Shown here piece after piece: positions 1-12,138 of a DNA stretch of 64,000 nucleotides (its first letter is position 1; every line of letters starts with the position of its first letter). The notes under the pieces were generated by a model. It was not told where the DNA came from and did not search any database. It saw nothing but the letters and a program-made list of their open reading frames with translations. The position numbers and the translations under genes were made by a program. Origin of the DNA: Azolla caroliniana (taxonomy: Eukaryota; Plantae; Polypodiophyta); the NCBI GenBank assembly GCA_043228905.1, contig JBHGNT010000002.1, positions 5,580,001-5,644,000 of the forward strand, read 5' to 3'.

Positions 1-610
1 GCTAAGCTAATAACCTTCATGTCATGAAAAGCACACTGTTTTGTTGAATCTCTACGTTTGCTCTTGCCATAGCCTGTTCTTGAGCCCCTGAACCCTAAAC
101 CTTGTATAGTACGTACCAAAGCTTAAATCAATCTTACCTTATTCGTCCATAAGCATGGTAATGCTTCCATGTCCTGTTTCTCTATCCTCTGCCATTGCTG
201 ATCCAAGCAAATTCAGGGTAATTTGCAGAAGTAGTCCTGAAGTCGGCCCAATTCACATGTCTAGCCCATGGCAAATTCTCCCCAAGGACGCCCCCAAGGT
301 TTTTGACTCTCTTACTCGTTTGCCGACCATGGGACCCATCGAGAGGAGTATGTATACAAAGGGTTGGCTCATCATACGAAACTTGCTATCTTGTTTGCGT
401 GAGAGGAAAAAAAGGGGTGGTTTCAAAAAACTCTCAAATACTACATTGGTACCATTGTGCTTAGATGAATGTAGCTTAGTAGTTATGATGGTTCAACAAA
501 GACCACACTAATGGTCATGTGTTCTTTGGTTGGCAAGGAGAGAGAGAGAGAGAGAGAGATGGCTTATCAATGAGGCATGTCCTTTGTATATGTTGAGAGA
601 GAGCTTCGTT

Positions 611-1271
611 TGTAAGTTTGTTTGAAGGAGACTTGAAAACTATGTGTCTGGTTCCTAGATTAGATGTTTGTCGCTTGAGTTAATGAGGTTATTTGGTAGA
701 GACAAAAGGTCATGCATTTGACCCTTGCATTCAATTTATTACAATCGTAGACTACTGATAACGTAATTATTGAAAAGACTAAGGAGAATATAATGGTTTA
801 AGGTACCTAATCAAGGTAAAATGTTGTCATGGATTAAGAATGTAAGTTTGTTTGAAGGAGACTAGAAAACCATGTGTCTGGATTAGATGTTTGTAGCTTG
901 AGTTAATGAGGTTATTTGGTAGAGACAAAAGGTCATGCATTTGACCCTTGCATTCAATTTATTACAATCGTAGACTACTGATAACGTAATTATTGAAAAG
1001 ACTAAGGAGAATATAATGGTTTAAGGTACCTAATCAAGGTAAAATGTTGTCATGGATTAAGAATGTAAGTTTGTTTGAAGGAGACTAGAAAACCATGTGT
1101 CTGGATTAGATGTTTGTAGCTTGAGTTAATGAGGTTATTTGGTAGACACAAAAGGTCATGCATTCAATCTATTACAATCGTAGACTAATGATAATGTAAT
1201 TATTGAAAAGAATAAGGAGAATGATGGTTTAAGGTACCTAATCAAGGTAAAATGTTGTCATGGATTAAGAA
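611..1271. repeat. Tandem repeat, 3 copies of a ~223-bp unit
   Basis: The unit begins TGTAAGTTTGTTTGAAGGAGAC at 611, 841 and 1064. Copies are near-identical, and the third has a short deletion. Confidence 0.95.
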
Positions 1272-1948
1272 GTGATAAAACTTATGACAATCATTTATCA
1301 CATTCTTTCAACCCCCTACTTAGGTCCATAATGTTGATTCACCTTGGCTCAACTCATGATTTGCTTGACACTTTTGTGCTCAGTAATTAAAGCTTATTAT
1401 TTATTTGATTTATCTCTAATCTAACACTCTTGTACCCTAGACTCTCTGTGCCATTAATCTCTTCGTAGCCCACTTATCCTACTTTAACCCTCCATTAACC
1501 TCTTCTTAATTCACCATATCCTCCTCCTTATTAATCATACTCCATCCAAACTTTTGACATGATCTACTGAATCACTTCTTAAAACCAAATGAATCTGTCT
1601 TTAACACCTTCATCAATTGACGTGCTCGACCATGTTAATCTCTCCAAGAGTCGTAACCCTTCCACTTTGGTAATCATACCCCGTTTCGGAAATATCTCTT
1701 TCCGGATGTACTCAAATTGATCGGCAATTGAAATACTTGTGTATTCTGGTTCCTCGAGAAATAGCCCCATCGAGAAGAAGAAGAAGAAGAAGAAAAAGCA
1801 GAGCAAATAAATGAGACCATCTCACCAAGCAGGTTCCTCAAAATGATCGGAAGCCTATTTTTGTAGTTTCCTCAAACATAATATATACACGCACTCTTCT
1901 TCTTCTTCTTCTTCTTCTTCTTTGAAGTTCTGCGTGTGTGCAGGTTTA

Positions 1949-4900
1949 ATGGCGATGTCGGAGCAGCAAGCCGAAACAGCAGATAATGTCGACCTCGATG
2001 CTTTCAGACGTCTGTATCCTTCCGAATTCCTTCTTCAGTTCCTTAGCGATGGCGTTCGTCCCGATGGTCGCCCACTTGGTCGAGCTCGCTCCACTTCTAT
2101 CTCCATCGGTAATGTCCTCTTCTTCTCGGAATATGTAATTCCTTGCATTCTCCGTAATTTCGTTGGTCACGTTTTTACTTCTTTCCTGCTCTCTTCTGTT
2201 TTTCCATGCCTATTTCATTTCCTTCTCTCCTCTTTCTCTTTCTCTTTCTCTTTCTTTTCTGCTACATCTTTACGTTTTTCTGGTCTTTTTATTAAAAAAA
2301 AAAGGCTTTGTTTTTTCTTCTCTTTTCATTCAGGCGCTTTGCCTAACACAGATGGTTCAGCAATGGTGAAGCTTGGAAACACGGTATGTATGCTTTTCTC
2401 AGTTACATTTCTATTGAAATTAATGAACCAAACTAAAAACATTTATTTTCATGCATTTCCTGGGACCTTTTACTCTCTTTTTTCTAGAATGTCAAGATCA
2501 TTTACATTTTGTTTTGTCAACTTCTACTTTGTTGCACTGTAGTTATCTTCATTTCATTTTTTTCGTTGAATTTCATGCATTTTCTATTTATCTTGGGATA
2601 CATTCTTCAATGATCATTTGCATCTTCATTTTTGTCATTGGCTGTCAAAATTTCCATTTCAATATCTCTTTATCTTCTGATGCATTTCACATAAATCATT
2701 CACATAAGTTTCTTTTATGATCTTTCTCAGACCATGGTTTCTGGGATTAAGTTGGAAGTAATGTATTCACATCAGGTTTTATTGTGATTCTTCTCAGACA
2801 ATGCTTGCTGGCATTAAGTTAGAAGTTATGTCTTGTCCTGCCGATGCCCCCGATGAAGGTCGATTAGGTGAGCCTATTGTCCACACCATATATAAAAGAG
2901 AAGCCAATACATGATCTGATTGCACATTATTTCTTTCATGATGTGTTTGATACCCATGAATTGGACACACAAATTTTCTTTCAGAATGAGTCTGACATGA
3001 ATTGAATTTGGCCTTAACAATATGTGCAAAATAAATTAATTGATTGCTCAAGTGTGCTTTCTCAATTTTTTTGATATACAAAAGGGAAACTGAGTACATG
3101 AAATGATTGCTCAAATTATTTTCTTTCTATATGTGCGGCAGTTATTGAGTTCCAGATGCCACCAGTGTGCTCTCCCTTGGTGCGTCCTGGCAGACATTCT
3201 GAGCTAGAACCGGTGATTACGGAACAGTTAAAAAATGCACTTTTCAGGTCATTGTCTGGTAGTTTGTTTACATTCTATGGAAGTCTATGGTGAATTAGCT
3301 GGAATGATCACATTGCGATGATTGGTTGAGACTTTTACCACATTTGCTTGAAAATTTTAAGATTGATATGCTTATATTTGAATGTAGAATGTAAAATGAG
3401 AATGATATGTTGTGCACAAATACCATTTTCTTAATACTGTTTTCCTGTGGTCAATTTGGTTACTGTGGTATAACTGTGGTATAACTGTGGTTTCTGAATT
3501 GTTTCGAGGTTTTAACTGAATTGATCCTTAAAAGTTGTGGTTTACAGTTCTTCAATGATAGATTTGCGAGACTTGAGCATTGCAGCGGGAAAAGCAGCAT
3601 GGACAGCTTATCTGGTATAAGTCACTTTTCAAATACCTGATTATAATATTTAACCAAAGCAAGAAATATATGCATTATGTTCTTTTGTTTCTAATGTAGG
3701 ACGTCTATTGTTTGGATGCTGATGGGTCCCTCTTTGATGCGGCTTTACTTGCTGCCATTGGAGCTTTAGGCCATCGTCAGTGAATTTGTCCTATATTTAT
3801 GCAATCGTGTGGTATTTAGTGTAAACATAATTTCATATTTCTTTGTTTTCACTGCTGTTCTATGTTATCCGTGTAGATATCTCTCTCAGGAACTAATGGT
3901 AAATGTAGTCTTCTATTTATAGGGCAGAATAGGAATGTCACATTCTTCGTTGCATAATTTTTAGGATACCCAGCAATCAGATGATGACTTACATGCAAGC
4001 ATTCATAATGGAAAATGTCAAGGGCTCTTTTCAGAAATCGAAGTGTCTCTTTTTATAACAATTGATTTTTCGTCTATTGTGAATGGAACGTGAATGTCTT
4101 TTATTGTGAATGGAACATTTCGTCTATTGTGAATGGTTTTACCTTTTTATTGGAACGTTTGTTCTTTCAAGTTCACCATCAAACACTTATTCTACTCTTT
4201 AAGTTGAGATACATAGATACACATACATACATGTACAAAATATTCAAAATTGCAGGCGAAATGGTTATGTTAGGATTAGATTCCTATGCTTAAGTTGACA
4301 CAAGATACAATGAAGAGATATTAATAACATTGGTTCTTGAATGTCATTCACATAACTGGGTGGGAGGAAGATTGATTGGGTGATTCTTTCTTCACAGTGA
4401 AAATTCCTGATATTGCTGTTAGCGAGGACGGTAAAGTATTTCTACCCAACATGAGCAATGGGGAAGGTGCTCAGAAGCTACAGAACGTGCAAGGTAGGAA
4501 GTTGAAACTCGGAAGAATTCCAGTGGCATTGACATGTGCCATTCACTCCAAGTATATACTTCCAGACCCAACGTCAGAAGAGGAGTCTATACTGAACACT
4601 ACTCTCACTATTGTGTCCGACTTCTCTGGCAAGTTGATATCATTCTATAAACCTGGTGGTGAAATTTTGGCAACTACTTCAACTATTCAGGTAAAATATG
4701 TATCTTTTAATCTGTGTACCTTAATCCTTTCACACTTGAAAATTCTTGCTTTATATGCTTGCTGTCTTGTTTGAAGGTATTGGCTTAAATCATGAACAAT
4801 TTACTTGTGAACATGCTTTTTACATTTGAAAAACATTGCTTTATGTGCTTGGATGTGTGATACCTGGTATAATTGCTTTATATATGTACTCGAGTATATT

Positions 4901-5025
4901 GATAAGCATCATATGACTGTGAACAGGATTGCATTGCTTTGGCAAAATTCAGGATCAAAGAACTCCAGAAGATCTTTGATGAAACATTTTCAACAGATTC
5001 TGAGACTGCTATGGAAGCTGATTAA
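1949..5025 (+). CDS. RRP43: Exosome complex component RRP43 (RNase PH family), 8 exons: 1949-2108, 2334-2383, 2798-2867, 3142-3247, 3548-3614, 3700-3775, 4398-4690, 4927-5025; ~306 aa
   Basis: Phase-consistent GT-AG splicing gives AFRRLYP..VRPDGRPLGRAR..DGSAMVKLGNTTMLAGIKLEVM..EFQMPPVCSPLVRPGR..GKAAWTAYLDVYCLDADGSLFDAALLA..ILPDPTSEEE..FYKPGG, which matches plant RRP43 as I know it. Confidence 0.92.
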
Positions 5026-7519
5026 AAATTCATTTCCATATTTATATATATCTTAGATATGTAGCTTAGACAAGATATAACTATATAGCATTAACAGAGT
5101 CTAGAAACTCAGTTTTGACACACAGGCCTTGATTCTACTGACTTCGACATCTAGAGTTTTTTTATTGGATCCTTTGTATTGTCTCACAAGGAAATCAAAT
5201 GTGTTTAAATATTTACTTTCAACATTCTTTTCATTTTTCCAATGTTTGTTGAAGCAATGAATCTTCTTGAAATTCATAGCAATTTTTGCTTGTTGGAGCT
5301 TCAAAGAAAACGTTAGCAGGATGTGTTGAAAAAAGCACCACACCCAAGGGCTCATTCATTACTATCTCAAGCTAGTCTACGATATTAATGAGTCTTGATC
5401 TTTTAAAAATTGCGGAATGTTAGTTTAAATGCACAATTTGTTTCCATTTGAGGCATCATTTTGTAGTTGACACATTAACAAAAGATCAAAAAATTCAACC
5501 CGGCAATTACATAGCCATGGCATTAACCTTCAGCATGCCTCTTTGTTAGTCTCTTGCGTAAGTCAGGGTGCTAACAAGGGTGTTTTAGGCAACTTAGCTT
5601 AAAATAGTCAAGAGAGTAGTATCACTCTTGTAAAATGGTCACGGAGTTGATATGATGCAGTATCAAGCTCTTGTAAAGAGAGTAATAAGAGTAAAATTCA
5701 AAGGGAAATAAACAAATGATTTGTATGCTAAACACATCAGTAGTTACAAGTTGATTTATCAACATGAGCTTTTCAATAGGTTCACATTATTATTATTCGT
5801 CTCATCATGTTGCCCATGAGGTTGCTTCATTTTGTAATGAGGAAGTCCTTAGTTACTTTAGTACTTGAAGAGTCTATAGCACAATGATTTAGAATAGTTA
5901 AGGCTCTAGATATGTCAATATTTTAAGTGAGGGTTTTGTGATGAAGGTACATCTCTTAGTCTTTTCATCTCATAATTACTTCCACAACGGTCATATGCCA
6001 GAAGACTATGTTTTGTAACTTCAAATTCTCTCTCTTTTGTCTCTCTTTAATAAAAATATCATTTGTGTTCCTCTTTCTCTTTTGTTAAGCCAACTCATTG
6101 GGAGGGCAACTATCAAAATTTCTTGTGTGTTTCACATGCACATCAAACTCCACATTTATTAACAAAAAAATTGAATAATCATTGACATAGCATTTAAAAC
6201 ATAATACGAGTTGGATCAAAAAACTTTAAACAAGAATAGTTTTATAATTCACATCTAGCTTATCACATATTTGCACTATGTTTGTGGATAATTTTTAGGA
6301 TAGGCACATGTATTAGTACTTATAGACCATGCAATGTAAATGTAGATTGTCTAAGGCCATGTGGCTGACCTGTGAATCATGATAACAAAGACAAACTTTG
6401 GAATAAGGTCAAGTATGGCATCATTGTGTGTATCACGTTGTTATGGTTGGGTAGCTCTTTGATCAGATCCTTGATAAACATATGCATTTGAAATTGAAAG
6501 CATGGGCATTCACTATCAACTCAAAAGTGGTCAAGTTGAGCATGTGTCAATGCCTTTGCTATGATTGATATAAAATTCCATTGATTGACTAGGGCATCCA
6601 TTAATACTTACTCTTCAAATGTGGAACAAAGAAAAATGGAGGGAAATTTTAGTACATTTCATGATGTGTGTGTGTGTGTGTGTGTGTATCTTGATGATAA
6701 ACTTGGATAGAAATTGCCCAAGTGCTTTGTCGAAGAGGTGGTACCACTAATATCAAAATCTCTTGGTGGGACATTGCACTATCTACATGTAAGTGCACTA
6801 AATTAACGTCACAAGTTTGCTAGCCATTCTAGTTCGCAAAACACATAAGAACACACTCCCCTCAAATAGTACTTGCAAGAGTGCAATCTTCAATTATTTT
6901 AATTCCTTCATAACACAAAAATTCAATGTTCTCATTGTAAAGGAGCTTGAGACTTGCCCATTGGAACTAGTTGGAATGGAAGCGTGGTGTTAAATTCATT
7001 CAGTTGAAGGTGTGGGGTGTCTTCCCATCTTCTTGGTTGGGATGAAAAGGAAACTTGAAGACCACCGTTTAATCACATGACAAGCCTTGTGTTAGCAAGG
7101 AATAACATAATGCTTTCTTGTTTCCTAGATTGATGATGTTGATGTATCCACTCTCAAAGTTTCTCTTATGGATCTTGAGTACAACAATCCTAGCTTAATA
7201 TGTCCCTCGAAAGCCTCGAGCCATTGCGTTTGGTACATGACTTCATAGTGGAAATTAATCAACCAATCAATTAATCATAGTTCCAACGATTTCGTACTTT
7301 CTACCACAATTGCCCCATGGGAATAAAAGTCATTTGAATGACCAAGTTCATTCAACAAAAAGTATACAATTGTGGAAGAAAAGAGTGACAATCATGGGAG
7401 TCATGTGTTTGAGGTGGGAAGTGCCCTTGAATTTGGAGTATTATATAGTGATGAAAGGGTGTGTGTAAGAACTCGATCTGGGTTTTGGTAGCATTACTCT
7501 CGCCAACAATCCATCAACC

Positions 7520-8030
7520 AATTCATCACTCTAGTCTTTGATTTCCTCAAATCCAAATGATCAATTGATCGATTGATCACTCTAGCCTTTGATTACCTCA
7601 AATCCCAACGATCAATAGGGTCTTTGATTTACCTCAGATTCCATTATTCAAACCTCAATACCATCCATTGAACAATCAATCTGGTCTTTGATTACCTTGG
7701 ATACCATTGATCAAACGACCACTTTGATCTTTGATTACCTTAGATGCCATTGAATGATCAATCTGGTCTTTGATTACCTTGGATACCATTGATCAAACGA
7801 TCACTTTGATCTTTGATTACCTTGGATACCATTGATCAAATGACCACTTTGATCTTTGATTACCTTAGATGCCATTGAACGATCAATCTGGTCTTTGATT
7901 ACCTTGGATACCATTGATCAAACGACCGCTTTGATCTTTGATTACCTTAGATGCCATTGATCAAATGGCCACTTTATTCTTTGATTACCTCAGATACCAT
8001 CATTTGAACCTCAAATACCATCTCGATCGA
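7520..8030. repeat. Minisatellite, ~39-42-bp unit (CTTTGATTACCTTGGATACCATTGATCAAACGACCACTTTGAT), about 12 diverged copies, just upstream of POLD4
   Basis: Recurrent CTTTGATTACCT core, with homogeneous central copies and degenerate flanks. Confidence 0.9.
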
Positions 8031-8233
8031 ATGATCCTTGGATTACAATCGATGGAACCGAGTCCCGACCACTTTGTTCTTTGATGCCTTCGGATACTAA
8101 ATAGAATAGGAGCTGCTTATTTAAGATAGAGAGAATTGCCCATTTGGGAAACACAACAGAGAGACAGACAAAGAAGAGTGTGTGAGACGCAGAGGAAGAG
8201 CGAGAGACAGTTTGTGAAGAATTCTTTTTAGCT

Positions 8234-9289
8234 ATGGCTACCAAGAGGTCGAGCCTTGTGTCAGATCACTTCTCTCAGAAGAAAAAGAAGCAGAGCGAAG
8301 TCCATGCAAAAGCTCCCTCGTCGATTCTCAATGGAAAAAAGACCATTGCCACCTTAAATGCCCCCAAACTGCAGAATGTTGCTCCTTTCTCTGATCCTAG
8401 GATCGACCTTAATGGTAAGTCTCTTGAAACCCTAAGTTTTTCTGTATTCTTTTTTTGCTTCTTGAAATCCTAAAGTTTCCTGATGTTTGTTTTGTTTCTC
8501 CTTCTTCCAACTGTAACCTCTGGAAACTTTTTCCCCTTTCTGTTTTTTTTTTGTGTAGCTCGATTCTTATTGTTTCCTTTCGAACCCTAATTTTTCAGAT
8601 TTTTTTTTTTTCAGTCGTCTTTTGTAACGAACAAAAACTCGAACAGTTCTCATCTTCTTTGATACTTCCTACTCTGTAAACCCTAACTTCTCCTGATAAT
8701 TTTTCTCTGCCTTCTCTTCTTTGTAAGAAAGAAGGGAGCTTCCCCCCCCCCCCCCCCCCCGTGTCTGATGCTTGCTTTCTTCTGCAACTAAGAAACGAAG
8801 TGGAACTATTCTCTCTTATCTTGTCTGACGCATGACTTCATAGAGTTAAACCCTAACTTTTCCTATCTGAAACGATTTGTTTTTTTTCATTTTTTTCATT
8901 TCTGTAATCTCTATTTTGGAGCAAAGTAGTTTCTCGGAACCCTAACTTTTCCCTGAGTATTTCTTCTTTGAAGTAAAAAAAGAGAATGAAAATGTTTTCC
9001 CTGATGATTTCTTCGTCCAAAACATATGAAATGGCGAAGAAAGTTTTCCTGGAGGTTTGTTTTTTTCCTGATGGACATGGTGATGTCTTATACAGATCAA
9101 TACGATGACCTTGAAGAAACGCTTAGACAATTTGATATGGACATGCATTATGGCCCTTGCCTCGGATTGAAAAGATTGGAAAGATGGGAGAGAGCCCATA
9201 GAATGGGAATGCAACCCCCAATCCAGGTGAAAGAGATAATTGAGAGAGTGAGTGGAGCCCCTACATGTGTTTGGGAGAGCAGAGTCTAA
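8234..9289 (+). CDS. POLD4: DNA polymerase delta subunit 4 (p12/Cdm1), exons 8234-8414 and 9096-9289; ~124 aa
   Basis: The C-terminal LRQFDMDMHYGPCLGLKRLERWERAHRMGMQPP is the DNA_pol_delta_4 signature. The N-terminal KRSSLVSDHF resembles a PIP-box. Donor G|GTAAGT and acceptor TACAG| are in phase. Confidence 0.92.
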
Positions 9290-12138
9290 ATAAATGGATT
9301 CGATGCTCTTCATCAGATGATGGATTCGCTTCATTTCTTGCGAAGCATTATTCCTGCATAGAAGTCGTTGATAGGGTATGGGGAAAAACTCCAAAATATC
9401 CACGAGTCTTTCCTTTGTATTACCCGAATGCCCCTAAGGCTCTTTTTTCCCTCCAGGATTTGCTTCACATCTTTATGAAGCAATTTTGTCTGTTGAAACT
9501 GTGCTCTACTTTTGATTCTGGTAGAAAATTTGAGCCCCAAATTTACAGATTTGCATCATTTCGTTGAGGAGCATTTTTTGTGGTGGTTTCTGTTTCCCCT
9601 GTTTGTATGAGTTTAGGTTGTGTGAATGAATTCCAATTGTAAGTCTAGCTTTTGCTTTTTATGGGAAGACATATCTTCTTCTTTGTTCTCTCCTGTTGGA
9701 AATGTTAATGTTCGTTGATTGTCTCAAGTAACTTTACATGATATAATTGTAGCTCCATTAATATAATCTTCTGTTGGTATCTCCATATATGGATATTGGG
9801 TCCTAATTCAGGACAAAGATCTCAAAGTTTGCACTTATACCCCAGGATGTATGATTTTCTGAACTGATTTAATCATGTGTTTAGTCGTAATTTCAATGTG
9901 ATTAACCTACAACCAAGCATGTGTAAGTAATTTCCAATTGTGCAAGCATACATGGTATATGGGTGATTGGTCCTATTTAATAAGGCAGCCTAATACACTA
10001 ATGATTGTTAACCAGATGTACCAGATGAAGCTGACCATGGAAATTTTAGATAATGTGGGTAGGCTTTTCATGCCATAAACAGATTGGTTGAGCTGACCTT
10101 TGTGTATTGGGATGGGGCTTGTAATTGGTGCCAAGGAGTAATAATCAATAAGGATAATTAGGAGTTTTGTGTGTTGTTTATCATTAATCAACAACAAAAG
10201 TTTATTAATAACCATCCTACCCTCGATCAATCATGAATAAAGTCCGAGTACAGATTGAGTAATGCTACTTTCTATGACTTTGCCATTAGGTTCCAAGGAA
10301 TGGAAATATTTGGGTACTTAGGAGGTTCCAAGGAGTTTTATTTGTTTAGTTTATTTCTGTCTCCTTTTGCAACACTTCTACAACCTCCTTTAACCATAGC
10401 TAAATTCTCGATCCACTAAGAACTCATATTTGTGCTCTTGTGCACTACTACCTCCTTTATTGTAAGGGAAAGAGTCGTCCTTTTGCAATAAATGCAGTTA
10501 GGTGGAGTTTGCATAGGTGAGTGTGAGCTACATATTCCAACGAGGTACAAAGAATGTGGAGACTTTCTAGATGTCATAAGAATCAATAGGTTAAAGTACT
10601 TTATTGATTCAATTAGGATTGTGCGACCATTCTCAATTGTTGGGCTATTTTGCGTGGGTAATCCCATTAATAAACGGAACCTTAAAAATGTAAACTTGTG
10701 GATCATCATGACTAGTTAAGGATTGCCAAATATCTAAGGACTTTTAGTAACTAAAATGAAAGGAGAAAGTATGAAAGAATATAGAGGTTTTCCACTCCTT
10801 TGATTGGGAAGAGGATCATGTCAAATGGTTTTGGAAAATAAAACTATCAAAAGAGAGAAAGATCATTAGACACAACTCTTGTGCCAAAGATGATGATCAC
10901 ATACTAACGATGATTAATAAGTGACAAGGATTAAAGAAATAATATATTAAGGATGCTTAACCACACCAATTACCCCTACCTAAGCAAAAGACAAAAGTTA
11001 AATACAAATCTCTGCAATATTTGATACCACCAAATAAACACCCAGTCTCAAGTTCTAGGATAATTGGTTTCTCATTTATACCGCTACATCCATGAAAATT
11101 CTCCTATAAAATCGGTCTCATAATAATGTACCATTTTTTTTGTCTAGAATGGGAGGCATATAGCCCATGAAGGAATGTATAAGACAAACAATTAGGATGA
11201 TTGACTACTTGTCTATCAAACAAGATTGTCAATGATTAAAAACAACAATGTCTTGTAGAGCTTGGTGAAAATGTATATCCGACAATACATTGTTTATAGG
11301 AAGGGATGCTGACAATGCCTTAGCATTTGGATGAGCGCTAGCTTTTGTTTGCATATTGATTCAACAAAACTTCCTATTTTTAATTGATACGTAAACCTTG
11401 AAGTATGAGAGAGACAAAATATGCGATGAAGGAACACCATGAACGACGACTTGTCTCATAAACTCACCTACCATTTAGTTTCTTAATGACTCGATGGGAA
11501 CAATCATGTGTTGAAGAAAGTAGAAGTTTAATCTACAGGGACAAAAGCCATGCATTGTTTGAATGCATGCATTCCAGTTCAAACCAAAGATAATCTGGAT
11601 GATGATGATTATGATGATGCTGAGTATATATACCCTTGACATGGGAGCATCATCCGACGCTTTTCCATTCGAGAAATGCATCATCATACGTTGTGTGTGC
11701 ATGTGTGTCGCATACATGCATACATGTGGATGTGTTTGTGGATGGAGCCCTTGATGCCATGCCGATCTGTGTCATACATGCATGCATACATGTGGATGCG
11801 GGTGCAGATGTAGTCCCCCCCCCCCCCCCCCAGGGATGCAATACGGATTTTATGTAGTGCATGCATGCATGGTACATTTGTGCATGTATGCACAACTGTG
11901 AGGAGGGGGGGGGGGAGCATTTTGGGAAAGAAGGGAAGGCTGGAGGGGCATTAGTGAAATAAGGAAAGGTTGGAGGGGTATGTGTGGAAATTAACGGAAA
12001 AGAGGGAGGGGCATTTCGGGAAATAAGGAAATAGTTGGGAGGGGCATCTGGGGAATTAACCAAAACGCCTGTCACGCAGCCTTTCTTCTCTGGCTCGATT
12101 CCATTCAAAGCGTTTTGTTTTGGCGGCAGCTAATAGCT

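Noticed and set aside
1579-1806. Minus-strand ORF as a head-to-head partner of RRP43
   Set aside because: Short, with no recognisable motif, and I could not build further exons. Not excluded, but unsupported.
7520-8030. CRISPR-like array
   Set aside because: The units are contiguous with no unique spacers, there are no cas genes, and the context is eukaryotic.
11475-12108. Overlapping His/Cys/Pro-rich ORFs
   Set aside because: They derive from (ATGC)n and G/C-run low-complexity DNA.
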